Positions 1 to 10,263 of a stretch of DNA of 64,000 nt are shown piece after piece. The notes below the pieces were generated by a model. The model saw only the letters and a list, made by a program, of their open reading frames with translations. It was not told the origin of the DNA and ran no database searches. This DNA comes from Bryobacterales bacterium. Its GTDB lineage: Bacteria; Acidobacteriota; Terriglobia; Bryobacterales; UBA6623. The first letter of the stretch is position 1. Every line of letters begins with the position of its first letter. The stretch covers positions 1,762,123-1,826,122 of the forward strand of contig OZ242366.1 of NCBI GenBank assembly GCA_965208945.1, written 5' to 3'. The position numbers were made by a program, and so were the translations under genes.

Positions 1-131
1 TGCCGGCGTGGGTGCTTCTATTGCGCCTCCCACCGACGGCAGCGAGATTGTCGTCGACGTCAAGACGGATGGCGGCGTACGTTTTCGGAGAGTCGATGCC
101 GCCACGGGCCGTATTACGATTACCGATGTCT

Positions 132-1343
132 ATGCGCAATAAAGCTACCGCCGTCCTGCTCGGGTTCGCACTGCCGGCGGTGTTCGCCGTCTACAGCTTG
201 ACGATGTGCCGTGCCGTTCAAGCCCAGAGCGTAAGTGGCCCTGCGACGCTGTGGCAAGACCCTGACCAAGCTGTTCACGTCTCGATCACGCCCGACATCC
301 CGTTGTCGCTCGTCTCGAAGGATCTGAGCAGCACCAGAGTTCAGATCATGGGCGCCGTCATGATGGTCGACCTGAAATGCCGTCTCGAGGTCCGCAACGA
401 GAGTACGAGTTTCTTGCGCGGCGTCGTGATGGGTGTCGTTTCGGCCGAGCATTCACCGGGCGGCAAGGCTTCCGTGGCCCTGCCCAGTCTCAATATCGCG
501 CCCGACGATACGACGGTATTGAACGTTGATTTGAAGCTGGTGCGACCGTTTCCGTCGAACACGGATCACGCCGTTAACGTCGATATCGACGGCGCGCTCT
601 TCACCGATATGGTGTTCCGGGGGCCGAACGAGTTCGATTCACGCCGCAAGCTGGTGGTCTGGGAGATGGAGGCGGAGCGTGATCGTAGGCACTTCAAGTC
701 GCTGCTCGCTTCCGGAGGGCGGGAGCAGCTTGCCACTGCCATGCAGGCAAGCGTTCAGCGGCAGCAGCAACGGCCTCGCTTGCGGGCCGAGCTGGAACAG
801 CAGTTGCGCAAGCTCATCACCCCGCCTCGTCCATCGGTTCGGCGCGAACGGCGCATCCAGGTCTCCCGTCATTATTTTCCCGAGTCGCCGTTGGAGATCG
901 TGTCCGGCAGCGCCCTTGTGGAAGGCTCGCGCGTGCGCGCACCGGAGATCACCGTGAAGAACCGCTCTCAGAAGCCGGTGCGTTGGTACGAGCTCGGTTG
1001 GCTTATCAGCGATGGCGACGGAGTCCGTTACACCGCCGGGCTCATGCCTGCCCCGAAAGGGCGCTCCAGACTAGCACCGGGGGCTGAGGCTTCGACGCAA
1101 TCGGATCACAGTTTCGTGTTGAATCGCGGTGGCGACGCCGGCGGACTCTCCATCGGCCGCATGAGCGGCTACGTCCGAAATGTCGAGTTTGAGGATGGAA
1201 TCGTTTGGATCCCGACGCGGAACGACCTTGAAGTTTCGTCGCTGGACCGAGCCACGCCCGTGTCTGTCGAGGAACAACGCCTGAGCCGGCTCTACGGGAG
1301 CCAAGGCGTCGAAGCCGTCATCGCCGAGTTGGCCCAGTTCTGA
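132..1343 (+). CDS. Hypothetical exported protein with an apparent internal two-domain duplication
   Basis: Long ORF with a signal-peptide-like N-terminus (MRNKATAVLLGFAL...AVQA). The two halves share patterns (PLSLVS/PLEIVS, EVRNES/TVKNRS). Start chosen at ATG 132. Confidence 0.7.
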   Translation: MRNKATAVLLGFALPAVFAVYSLTMCRAVQAQSVSGPATLWQDPDQAVHVSITPDIPLSLVSKDLSSTRVQIMGAVMMVDLKCRLEVRNESTSFLRGVVMGVVSAEHSPGGKASVALPSLNIAPDDTTVLNVDLKLVRPFPSNTDHAVNVDIDGALFTDMVFRGPNEFDSRRKLVVWEMEAERDRRHFKSLLASGGREQLATAMQASVQRQQQRPRLRAELEQQLRKLITPPRPSVRRERRIQVSRHYFPESPLEIVSGSALVEGSRVRAPEITVKNRSQKPVRWYELGWLISDGDGVRYTAGLMPAPKGRSRLAPGAEASTQSDHSFVLNRGGDAGGLSIGRMSGYVRNVEFEDGIVWIPTRNDLEVSSLDRATPVSVEEQRLSRLYGSQGVEAVIAELAQF

Positions 1344-1345
1344 GA

Positions 1346-1363
1346 GCCGCCTCCGGCGGCTTT
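1346..1363 (+). terminator. Possible intrinsic terminator
   Basis: AGCCGCC-TCC-GGCGGCT hairpin followed by a short T run, right after the ORF stop. Confidence 0.4.
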
Positions 1364-1469
1364 GGCGGTGAAGAAACTCGTTCCATATCGTTCGGACGCA
1401 TCACGCCACCGAGCAACGCACCGTGCACGGAGGCAACTTCAGCCAGCAGTCCTCTCGGCTGCCTCGCAG

Positions 1470-1671
1470 CCAGCCTTTTTCCCCATCATGCGGGGGAAGC
1501 ACGCGACAAGACAGCCATGACTACGTTGCGCTGGCTTACCGTGCCCGGTGAGGCAAGGCTGTGTTTCGTGATTCGCGAAAGCCATTGACAGTGACCTGGT
1601 TCGGTCTGAAAGGAATATCTGACGGCCCTCTCACGCATTGCGCCTCGTCACGGGGTGAGTAGGCAGGCTAG
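1470..1671 (+). mobile_element. MITE-like family A copy (degenerate)
   Basis: Contains GAAGCACGCG, CCATGACTACGTTGCGCT and GACGGCCCTCTCACGCA, and ends GGTGAGTAGGCAGGCTAG. Overlaps the mutS2 stop. Confidence 0.7.
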
Positions 1672-4103
1672 AGCCGGATTTCGACGATGGTCGCGCCGGC
1701 GCCGCCTTCCGATTGCTCAGCTTGGTAATAGCGCTCGACATGGGGGTGAGAGGCAAACATCCTCCACAGGGCATTGCGCAGGGTATTCATTCCATGGCCG
1801 TGAATGACGCGGATACGTGCTACGTGGGCCACTACCGCGTCGTCGAGACACTTATCCACACTGGCGCGAGCATCTTCGCGGGTCTGCCCTATCACCTTGA
1901 TCTCCGACAGCGATTGTATTGGCTTCTCTGCCGGCTGAAATGTGATTCCTCGCGCCAACCGAGGCGTCGGCGTCGGGGCTTCATCGAGGATTTCGCTGAT
2001 GTCGTTGCGACTCACTTTCAACCTGAGCTGTCCGACTTGCACTTCCCAGCGCCCCGGCAAGAGTTCCTGGATGACTTTGCCGGCTGCGCCGAGGCTGTTG
2101 AGCCGGACGATGCTTCCCACCGGAATCGGTTCGTCGGGCTGAAGCTCGCGGACGGGCTCCGGCTCTTGCCCTCCTCCACCGACTTCCCCTTGGAGGTTCG
2201 AGCGAAGCTGGCGCCGCTTTTTCGAGAGTTGCCGCCGCATCTCTGATCCGATCCGACGGCTCTCTCTCGAGTCATCGAGCTTCTGAATGGCGGATCTCAT
2301 CTCGGCTTCGAAGTGCTTGATGCACTCATCGGCGCGCCGTTGCATCTGGGAGATCCTGGAGGCATTTTCGCCCTCGAGCCGGCGCCGGAACCGGCGGCTT
2401 TCTTTTTCCCGGGCCGCGTCTTTTTTTTCTAGTTCCGCTCGTGCCGCCTCAAGCTCGGCAACCTTTTCGTGCAGCCGCCGCAGGAAATCGGCCGTCTCTC
2501 CGGCATGTTCTCCCAGGGCCTGCCGAGCGCGCTTGATCACTTCTTCTGGAACACCGAGACGTTCGGCCATGGCGAGGCCGGCGGAACGGCCCGGGATGCC
2601 GATAGTAAGAACGTAGTTGGGTGCCAGGGTGAGTTCGTCGAAACCGACAGCGGCGTTCTCAACGCCATCGCGGTTGGAAGCGTATGCCTTGAGCCCCGGC
2701 AGGTGGGTAGACACGGCTGTGAAAGAGTTCCGCTCCAGGAAGTGATCCACAACCGCGACACCGAAAGCTCCTCCCTCGGTGGGGTCGGTGGCGGCGCCGA
2801 GTTCATCGATCAGAACAAGTGATCGATCGTTGGCCTCTCGCATCATGAACTTGAGCTGTTCGACGTGGGCCGAGAACGTGCTGAGACTTTCGGTAATCGA
2901 TTGTGAATCGCCAATGTTCGCGAGCACATGATGGAACCAGGGGAGTTCGGCTTCTTCGGCGGGCACGGGGATGCCGGCCTGACTCATCAGTGTGAGCAGG
3001 CCGATCGTCTTGAGGATTACGGTCTTGCCGCCGGCGTTCGGTCCGCTGACCAGAAGCACCCTGCGCTGCTCCTTCAAGGTGAGGGAGAACGGCAGGACGC
3101 GGCGACCTTCCCTACTCAGAACATCCTCCAGGAGAGGATGTCGGGCCTGACGCAGCTTGAGGCGGCTTTCGCCCTTGCACGTAAAGGTTGCGGTCGAGCA
3201 GAGAAAATTCATCCCGAAGCGAGCTTTGGCAAAGATGATCTCGAGATCGGCCAAGGTATGCAGCGCCATGGAGATATCCGGCCGGTCTATCCGTAGGCGG
3301 TCGGTCATCTCGCGCAGGATCCGCAGGATCTCGCGATGCTCTTCTTCGAGAAGCTCCATGATGCGGTTGTTGAGTTCGATGGATTCGACCGGCTCGATGA
3401 AGGCTGTTTGGCCGCTAGAGCTGGAACCGTGGATCACCCCTTCGACACGGCGCTTCCATGTCGATTTCACGGGCACAACTAGGCGTCCGTTGCGGATGGT
3501 GACGTAGTCTTCCTGCAGGACGCCTTCTTCGTAGTGATGACGGACGAACTCCTCAAGGGTTTTCTGAATCAGATTCCGTTGGTGCTCGATCTGGCGGCGA
3601 ATGCGGGAGAGTAGCGGGCTCGCCTCGTCGAGCAGTTCACCATTCGGTCGGAGCTTGCCGGAAAGGTCGCCACGCAGGCGACTGAAATCGGCGAGACGGT
3701 CGGTGTGCTCGGTGAGGTGTCGATAGCGGCCGCTTTCGCGTGCGAGTCGCTGAAGGGCATCGTCGGAGCGGTCGAGCAGTTCCAGGAGATGATAAATCTC
3801 GATCGCGTCGAGAACGGAGCCTTCCACACCCAACTTGTCGATAGCTGTTCGGAGGTCGCGCAGGCCTTGGAATCGCGGGGGCAGCGTACGCCTATCGTCG
3901 TTGTCCGCTCCTTGTGCGCGGACGCAGACCTCCATGGCCTCGGCGGTTTCCGCCAACGACTTTTCGGCTTCCGAGCGATTCTCATGAAGAGGGTTCTCGC
4001 GCAGCACGTCGAGACGCCACTCGCCCAGTGGGCTCACGACGTAACGCCCGACAACGTCCAGAAGAGCGGGCAATTCGAGGGCTTCCAAGGCGCTCCGCGA
4101 CAT
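1668..4103 (-). CDS. mutS2: Endonuclease MutS2 (MutS ATPase plus C-terminal Smr domain)
   Basis: SGPNAGGKT Walker A, LSTFSAH, IDELGAATDP, and Smr motif IHGHG...GGAGAT. Confidence 0.95.
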   Translation of the reverse strand: MSRSALEALELPALLDVVGRYVVSPLGEWRLDVLRENPLHENRSEAEKSLAETAEAMEVCVRAQGADNDDRRTLPPRFQGLRDLRTAIDKLGVEGSVLDAIEIYHLLELLDRSDDALQRLARESGRYRHLTEHTDRLADFSRLRGDLSGKLRPNGELLDEASPLLSRIRRQIEHQRNLIQKTLEEFVRHHYEEGVLQEDYVTIRNGRLVVPVKSTWKRRVEGVIHGSSSSGQTAFIEPVESIELNNRIMELLEEEHREILRILREMTDRLRIDRPDISMALHTLADLEIIFAKARFGMNFLCSTATFTCKGESRLKLRQARHPLLEDVLSREGRRVLPFSLTLKEQRRVLLVSGPNAGGKTVILKTIGLLTLMSQAGIPVPAEEAELPWFHHVLANIGDSQSITESLSTFSAHVEQLKFMMREANDRSLVLIDELGAATDPTEGGAFGVAVVDHFLERNSFTAVSTHLPGLKAYASNRDGVENAAVGFDELTLAPNYVLTIGIPGRSAGLAMAERLGVPEEVIKRARQALGEHAGETADFLRRLHEKVAELEAARAELEKKDAAREKESRRFRRRLEGENASRISQMQRRADECIKHFEAEMRSAIQKLDDSRESRRIGSEMRRQLSKKRRQLRSNLQGEVGGGGQEPEPVRELQPDEPIPVGSIVRLNSLGAAGKVIQELLPGRWEVQVGQLRLKVSRNDISEILDEAPTPTPRLARGITFQPAEKPIQSLSEIKVIGQTREDARASVDKCLDDAVVAHVARIRVIHGHGMNTLRNALWRMFASHPHVERYYQAEQSEGGAGATIVEIRL

Positions 4104-4112
4104 AGTGACCTG

Positions 4113-4553
4113 CTACGACGATGCGCTGTTCAGCATCCGGAACGCTTTCTCGATTACGGGGGCTGTTCCTGCGGTGATGACGAGGTTTTTCAGCTCCCTC
4201 AGCGTGACCCAGCGGGCGTCATCAGCATCATCCGAGGCGAGCAGTGAGCCGCCCGTGGGCCGGCAGAGATAATCGATCAGCACGTAGTGATAGCGGACGA
4301 GGCCTCGCTCATCCGGTGTGATGCGCTCGAAGACTTCGACAATCGGGCCGACATCCACTTCCAGGCCGACTTCTTCGCGAATCTCTCGCCGGATGCCATC
4401 TTCGAGGCGTTCCCCCAGTTCCAACGCGCCGCCAGGAAGCGACCAGATGCCCTTAAGCGGTTCCTTGCCGCGCCGGACGAGGAGCACACAGTCGTCCTGC
4501 AAGATGATAGCGCCCACGCCGACGATGGGTTGCGCGGGGTACTCGCGGGACAT
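4113..4553 (-). CDS. NUDIX hydrolase (ADP-ribose pyrophosphatase-like)
   Basis: Nudix box GGALELGERLEDGIRREIREEVG. Start at ATG 4553 (MSREYPAQPIVGVG). Confidence 0.9.
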   Translation of the reverse strand: MSREYPAQPIVGVGAIILQDDCVLLVRRGKEPLKGIWSLPGGALELGERLEDGIRREIREEVGLEVDVGPIVEVFERITPDERGLVRYHYVLIDYLCRPTGGSLLASDDADDARWVTLRELKNLVITAGTAPVIEKAFRMLNSASS

Positions 4554-4673
4554 AACCTCTCTTCGATTGCAGCACAGGGCCTCGTAGCCGGACAAGGGCT
4601 GATCTGGCAGACCGGGCCGCGTTGATGCAAGAATCATATAGTTGTAGTCGGCTCTCACGTCGGAGTGCTTTGC

Positions 4674-5036
4674 ATGCGTCGTGCATTCACAGTCCTCGTT
4701 GTCGCTCTTGTGGCGGCCTCCATCTCGACGGCAGCGCCGAAGAAGAGGCGCAAGAGCGAACCGCTCGGCCTGATCAGCGGGACGGTTTTCCAGAGCACAG
4801 GCTTCTCGTTGCCCGGCGCGAAGGTTTTTGCCGTGAGCAAGCAGAATCCGAAGGTCAAGAAGGATACCGTTACAGGGCGTCGCGGGGAGTTCGCCTTACG
4901 TCTGCCTGCTGGACTGGGAGCTTACGTCGTGACTGCGGAAGCAAAAGGATTCGCGTCACAGCAGAGGACGGCAGATGTCTATGAAGGTACGAAGACGACG
5001 GTTACCTTCCAACTAAAGCCGGTGGAGGGCAAGTAG
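4674..5036 (+). CDS. Carboxypeptidase regulatory-like domain exported protein
   Basis: Signal peptide; ISGTV...LPGAKV...GEF...YVVTAEAKGF pattern. Confidence 0.75.
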   Translation: MRRAFTVLVVALVAASISTAAPKKRRKSEPLGLISGTVFQSTGFSLPGAKVFAVSKQNPKVKKDTVTGRRGEFALRLPAGLGAYVVTAEAKGFASQQRTADVYEGTKTTVTFQLKPVEGK

Positions 5037-5126
5037 CGTTCGCAGGAATCGAAAGAGTGGTGAAACGTCATGCATACCGCACACGGGTCTGGAAGAGGAC
5101 GCCGCTTCACCGATGAAGGAGTAACG

Positions 5127-5501
5127 ATGCAGACGCGTCGCTCGTGGCTGACTGTGCTCGTGCCGGGGGGGGTGCTCGTGACCCTGCCCTCGGACGTTCT
5201 CGCGCAAAGAAAGAAAAAAAAGAAGGGTAAACCCACGAAATCCGTTACCGGACTGGTGACGAACGAATCAGAGGAGGCCCTTCCGAGAGCAGTGGTGCAG
5301 CTCAAGAATACCCGCACGTTGCAGGTCAAGTCGTTTATTGCGGACTCCCAAGGCTCCTACTACTTCCACGGACTCGACCCCTCTGTTGATTATGAGATCA
5401 AGGCGCGCTACAAAGAATCGACTAGCCGGACGCGCACAGTGAGCTCTTTTGACAGCCGGGAAAAGGTGATCTACAACTTCAAGATCAAGGTCGAGAAGTA
5501 G
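5127..5501 (+). CDS. Carboxypeptidase regulatory-like domain exported protein
   Basis: SVTGLVT...AVVQLKN...GSYYFHGL pattern. GAAGGAG RBS before ATG 5127. Confidence 0.75.
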   Translation: MQTRRSWLTVLVPGGVLVTLPSDVLAQRKKKKKGKPTKSVTGLVTNESEEALPRAVVQLKNTRTLQVKSFIADSQGSYYFHGLDPSVDYEIKARYKESTSRTRTVSSFDSREKVIYNFKIKVEK

Positions 5502-5584
5502 AGAATTGCTACTGAACCTGTCTGGGCCGAGACACCGTCGCGGACATGGTTCATGGATGGGTTGCCCTATGTGAGACTCGAGAT

Positions 5585-6100
5585 ATGTCCTTGCGGGTCA
5601 GAGCAGCGCTCGTTGTCGTCTTCGTGCTTGCGAGCTGTTCATCGCCTCCTGAAGTTGAGACGATCGACCCGGCCCAGTGGCCCGAGGTTCTCGCGGACTG
5701 CCGAGGCGGCATCACGGTCATCAACGTGTGGGCAAACTGGTGCCGCGCCTGCCTGCATTTTCTGCCCCTCTTCGTTGCCCTGCGCGAGCAAGCTGCTTAT
5801 GACGATGTGGAGTTTCTGTCGGTCATCGTCGAAGATCCCGCAGACGCAGCGGCGTTGGCTGAGGCCGAAGCGTTGGTATTGGAGTTCGACGCGCGGTTTC
5901 CTCACTTTGCCTTGCAGACGGGAGTCGAAGAAGCACTTGCCATGCTGGGGACCGATGACCTTCCTGTGGTCTTGGTCTATGACGCGGAGGGCCGGTTGCA
6001 GCATCGGGTAGATGGCGATCCCTTCGAAGGAGAGATGCATCTCGAGGATGTCGAGGACGCGATTGACTCGGTGCTGACCGGGAGTGAACCTGATTCGTAA
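5585..6100 (+). CDS. TlpA/ResA-family thioredoxin-fold lipoprotein
   Basis: INVWANWCRAC motif and lipobox LASC. Confidence 0.85.
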   Translation: MSLRVRAALVVVFVLASCSSPPEVETIDPAQWPEVLADCRGGITVINVWANWCRACLHFLPLFVALREQAAYDDVEFLSVIVEDPADAAALAEAEALVLEFDARFPHFALQTGVEEALAMLGTDDLPVVLVYDAEGRLQHRVDGDPFEGEMHLEDVEDAIDSVLTGSEPDS

Positions 6101-6278
6101 CCTGCCCTTTCCTGCGCCTCTTCTCGTGTACTCGGAGCGCTCCGCAAAGCTCAAGGAGAGCAACATCGGCCTGGGCTTCCTGCTGCCGGAGCAGGAGGAG
6201 CGGCTCATCGCGCCAAATGCGGCTTCAACGGAATGGGCATGAAACGCATCATTCGGCCGGATGTTGTGTTGTTCTGGA

Positions 6279-7709
6279 CTACGCCCCCGTATTCTTCAGC
6301 ACTCGCCGATAGCTGGGCAGGTTCTTCTGTTCGGCGTTCTTCCAGAGGTCCTCATCGCCACAGTCGAGGCTTGTGAACCACTCGTCCATGCGGCGCTTCA
6401 AGCGCTCCTTCCGGGCGGAATAGTCTTCGTGTTCGGCCAGGTTGCGCCGTTCGCCCGGGTCGTTCTGCAGGTCGTACAGTTCGCTCTCGAATCCCTCAGT
6501 ACGATGGATGTACTTCCAGTATTCATCGCGGGTCATCCGGCAGTATTGGTACTCGCCGTAGACAACGTTGTCCCACTCCATCTCGGCGCCGCGCAGGGCT
6601 GCGGCATAGCTGCGCCCGGCGAGCGGTTTGCCGGATGCCAGCGGAGGAAGGTCCAGGTACTCGAGAATCGTCGGCGCAAAGTCGTAGAAGCTCGTGAAGA
6701 TCCGGCTCGTGTAACCACTCGGGATCGAGCCCGGGTGGTGGAAGAAGGCCGGCACAAGCATTGACTCGTCATACATGTTGAACGGCCACGAGGTGTTCCC
6801 CTTCCCCCAAAGTCCGTGCTGCTCAAGCAGAAAACCGTGATCGCTGAGATAGATGACCAGCGTGTCTTGGGCCAGCTTCAGATCGTTGAGCTTGGCGGCG
6901 ATGCGGCCCACGTTGTGGTCGATGGCGGTGACCATCGCATAGTAATGCATCTTGCTCTCGCGGTTTCCGACGTTTCTCCGGGACAGGTTGTGGGCGATCG
7001 GCTCGTTGAGCGGCTCGCCGGGAAAGGTCTCGAACGGGCAATCTCGATAGAGGTCGAGATACTTCTCGGGGGTGCCGGAATAGGGTGTGTGAGGCGCATT
7101 GTAGGAGACGAAGCAGAAAAACGGGTGGTCTTTCGATTCGTCGATAAAAGCAAGAGCCTTGTCCGTCACGATATCCGTCGTATAGCCGGGGTACTCTCGC
7201 TTTTCTCCGTTCCAGTACATGGGCGGGTTCTGATAGCGGTTACCGCCGGTCGGCATCGCGAACCAATAGTCGAAACCTTCCTGCGGCCGGGCACTGTCAC
7301 CCATATGCCACTTGCCGCTGAGTCCGACCCGGTAGCCGTGCGCGGCGAGGACTTCGCTGAAAGTGGCTTCGTCGGCGAGGAAGGCATAGGCCCCTTCTCC
7401 TTCGTTCTCGTTCCGCACCCAATCGTGGATGCCGTGCTGCGAAGGGATTTGCCCCGTAAAAAGCGTGGCGCGGCTAGGTGAGCAGACGGGGGTCGTACAG
7501 AAGGCCCTCGTGAAGAGCATCCCCTCTCGGGCGAGACGATCGCAGTGTGGTGTCCGGATCTCGTGATTGCCGTAGACGCCCAAAGTGTGCGGCCCTTGGT
7601 CGTCAGTCAGGACGAGGACGACGTTCTGCGGACGCCGAGGTTCAGAAGGCTTTCCACAGGCGGCCCAACCAGCGGCGGCCGTGGTCGTAATGAAGTCACG
7701 GCGTTTCAT
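6279..7709 (-). CDS. Sulfatase (Cys-type, Tat-exported)
   Basis: KRRDF Tat signal, LTDDQG, CSPSRATLFTG, GKWHMG, SDHG. Confidence 0.93.
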   Translation of the reverse strand: MKRRDFITTTAAAGWAACGKPSEPRRPQNVVLVLTDDQGPHTLGVYGNHEIRTPHCDRLAREGMLFTRAFCTTPVCSPSRATLFTGQIPSQHGIHDWVRNENEGEGAYAFLADEATFSEVLAAHGYRVGLSGKWHMGDSARPQEGFDYWFAMPTGGNRYQNPPMYWNGEKREYPGYTTDIVTDKALAFIDESKDHPFFCFVSYNAPHTPYSGTPEKYLDLYRDCPFETFPGEPLNEPIAHNLSRRNVGNRESKMHYYAMVTAIDHNVGRIAAKLNDLKLAQDTLVIYLSDHGFLLEQHGLWGKGNTSWPFNMYDESMLVPAFFHHPGSIPSGYTSRIFTSFYDFAPTILEYLDLPPLASGKPLAGRSYAAALRGAEMEWDNVVYGEYQYCRMTRDEYWKYIHRTEGFESELYDLQNDPGERRNLAEHEDYSARKERLKRRMDEWFTSLDCGDEDLWKNAEQKNLPSYRRVLKNTGA

Positions 7710-7883
7710 GGGATGATTCCAGCCGGCGGTTCTACCCACTACTCGGACGCAACTGGTGGTGACCTGCGAAGAAAGGAGGCTCATTGCAAAGCGAAGATGC
7801 AGCGTTCGGCAAAGCTCTCCGATTCTCCATGACCGTGCTTTTTCCTTTGTACCCCAACCAAGCGAGGGTAAAAAGACGAAGAT

Positions 7884-8543
7884 CTATTGGGGTTTGAAGG
7901 GAATCTTGCACTCGCCTGCGGAGCCGTTGTAGTTGAGGACGAGGTGCTTGATTTTGTGCTTGGGATTGACCTGAAAGAAGAGGAATCCATTGACCGGCTC
8001 GCGAGTGGGTCCGATGGGCAGCTCGATGGCCGCAAGCCGATCGGCCAAGGGTCCCGTCTGCCGTTGCGACTCGGTTGCCGACGGCACACTGACGCCTCCA
8101 CCGACGCCTCCACCAACTCCGGTCCTTGGGTATGCGCCGGGCAGTCCTGTGCCGGGCAGGCCACCACCAAAGACGGTCCGGTTCTCCTGCGAGAAGACGC
8201 CTCCCCCGGCGCCCCCCTCGCCGAGAACCAGAACGGCTTCACCGGCGATGCGGTCGGGCGATTGCGCTTGGGAGCGCTCGTTGTTGCGATATGAGCGCAA
8301 CAGAAAATCGTCCCTGCTGAGGATCACCTCCGAGTTGTAGAGAGGACGCACCTGCAACTCGACCAGGATGAACTCCCGGTCGAGATCGTCGCCAAGCCGT
8401 GACTGGATCTCATTCACATCCCGGACGAGGCGCGCGCGGAACTCCACGTCGTCGAGTTCGGCGCTTACCCACAGCGGAGGCTCCGCCGCGATAAGCGCCA
8501 CCGCGCCCGAGATGAGAAAGACAACCTTGATTTTACTCCACAT
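7884..8543 (-). CDS. Hypothetical exported protein
   Basis: 219-aa ORF with signal peptide, Gly-rich linker and CAGGA RBS. Confidence 0.7.
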   Translation of the reverse strand: MWSKIKVVFLISGAVALIAAEPPLWVSAELDDVEFRARLVRDVNEIQSRLGDDLDREFILVELQVRPLYNSEVILSRDDFLLRSYRNNERSQAQSPDRIAGEAVLVLGEGGAGGGVFSQENRTVFGGGLPGTGLPGAYPRTGVGGGVGGGVSVPSATESQRQTGPLADRLAAIELPIGPTREPVNGFLFFQVNPKHKIKHLVLNYNGSAGECKIPFKPQ

Positions 8544-8711
8544 CTATCCTGCAAAAAACCATGCTGATTATGCCACAAAAACCTGCATCGCGAAACAGAA
8601 TCGGCTGCCTTGGACGTGCTGTTGAGCACACACGCACCCTGGAGGGGCGGGGTGTCTAAAGCATGTCGAATGCAGGTATCCGCATTTACGCTACCATCGG
8701 TTTCTGTCCTG

Positions 8712-9677
8712 ATGCGCCAAGAGGCTGATAGCAAGAGACAGGGTTTGTCCTGGATTCTTGCCGGAGTGGGCATCGAACTGTTCGGGGCGCTTCTGATCTG
8801 GCAGTCACTGCCCGATTTCGGAGTGCGGACGATTCCCGGTTTGGTCTGTGTCGTACTGGGATCCCTGGTGATGACGTGGGGCTTGGTGAAGCGGGCGCAG
8901 AGAAACCAACCTCGCGTGGAGGCGTCCCCTGCAATCACGGATTGGGCGCCTGAATCCGAGTTGCAAACGCCGACTCCACGCTCCGTGCGCCTGAGTCCAT
9001 CGGGACGCCGCATGGTCACATGGTGGTTCGTCATGCTGTCGGCGCTGCCTCTATACGCCTATCTCGTCGGTCAACGGGGTGGCCCCGTGCGCTCCGACTA
9101 CGCGGGCGAGTACGTCGAGGGAGTGGCCGTCATTCATGACAAGGTGAAGAGGGAAGGGGCGCGTGGTGATGGGTTCTACATCTATTACAACTTTGAATCT
9201 CCCGAGTTGCCGGGTCGTTTACGCGCGTCGGCTTCAGTCACGGAGAGGCAGTACGGTGCTTTGAAAATCGGCGATTTGTTGCGAGTGTGGTATCTCGCTC
9301 CGAACCCGACCGTCCACGAGTTACCCGACCTGGAAGAGAAAGCCCCGGCTGCGCCGGTCGTCTGGTTTGCAGTGGGGTTTGCCGGACTTCTACTGCTTCT
9401 GTTTGAAGTCATTCGGAGGCGCCATAAGGCCATCACGGTTTTTGGCGTTGCGACTCCGGGAAAAGTCGAGATGCTGCGGCCTCGATGGGCCGGTTCTGTT
9501 TACACCGTGACATACCGGGCGGAGGGACAAGAGAAAAGCCTACGGGGAACCGAACGAACCCGCCGGTTGACGGAGGGCGACACGCTCACCGTCCTTTATC
9601 GAGCGGACAAACCCGACCACGCCCTCATCTACCGCCTCGGAATGTATGAGGCGCGAACGGCGGACACAGAGGGTTGA
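8712..9677 (+). CDS. Membrane protein, DUF3592-like
   Basis: Several TM segments and two beta-rich repeats ending in GD-x-L-x-V-x-Y. Start uncertain. Confidence 0.6.
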   Translation: MRQEADSKRQGLSWILAGVGIELFGALLIWQSLPDFGVRTIPGLVCVVLGSLVMTWGLVKRAQRNQPRVEASPAITDWAPESELQTPTPRSVRLSPSGRRMVTWWFVMLSALPLYAYLVGQRGGPVRSDYAGEYVEGVAVIHDKVKREGARGDGFYIYYNFESPELPGRLRASASVTERQYGALKIGDLLRVWYLAPNPTVHELPDLEEKAPAAPVVWFAVGFAGLLLLLFEVIRRRHKAITVFGVATPGKVEMLRPRWAGSVYTVTYRAEGQEKSLRGTERTRRLTEGDTLTVLYRADKPDHALIYRLGMYEARTADTEG

Positions 9678-9757
9678 TCCACCAACCGGATGCGGTCCAT
9701 TGCCGCGGTCAGCAACGCAGGTTATGCTGTTTGACAACCAATGCCGGTGAGCCGGCG

Positions 9758-10174
9758 ATGTCAAGGGTGCGGATGATGATCGGTCTCTTGAAGCTACATC
9801 ACGTCTCTTTCGCGATCCAAGACCTCAAGCGCGCAAAGCAATTCTTTGGCGGTGTTCTGGGGCTTGAAGAGATAAGTCGGCCGGCGTTCCGATTCCCTGG
9901 CGCCTGGTACGCGCTGGGCGACCGGCAGCTCCATCTGATTCAGTCTCCCGATCCCGAGGGGGATCGTCAACGGCGCATCAATCGCGCGGATCATGTGGCT
10001 CTTGAGGTCAGAGACATTCAGGCTGTCCGTAACCAACTTGGGGAAGCCGGAATCGAGTTTCGGGAAGGCGGCAATCGCGACCTCGGCATCGAGCAACTCT
10101 TCTGCCACGACCCGGACGGTCACGTCATCGAGTTTGTGCACTACCTGGCGGCCGACCAGGCAGCCTCTGGCTAG
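9758..10174 (+). CDS. VOC/glyoxalase family protein
   Basis: LHHVSF, FFGGVLGL, HVAL, DPDGHVIEF motifs. Confidence 0.88.
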   Translation: MSRVRMMIGLLKLHHVSFAIQDLKRAKQFFGGVLGLEEISRPAFRFPGAWYALGDRQLHLIQSPDPEGDRQRRINRADHVALEVRDIQAVRNQLGEAGIEFREGGNRDLGIEQLFCHDPDGHVIEFVHYLAADQAASG

Positions 10175-10182
10175 TTTTCTCT

Positions 10183-10263
10183 CCGCCCGCGTGCGGATCA
10201 TACAGGCGGGAAACATCTGCACCGCTGTCAACGCCGCTTGATCAGGAGGATGTTTCAGGTCAG
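10183..10263. repeat. Hairpin repeat family B, copy 1
   Basis: GTGCGGATCAT...GAAACATC-N31-GATGTTTCAGGTCAG, matching 48896-48970 and 49945-50026. Confidence 0.7.

Noticed and set aside
5165-5222. G8 and A-rich tracts as phase-variation switches
   Set aside because: Short, in frame, and explained by Gly and Lys codons.
6101-6245. Short protein-like stretch (KESNIGLGFLLPEQEERL) after the TlpA gene
   Set aside because: No start codon and no family recognised. It may be a remnant, but I cannot support that without a search.
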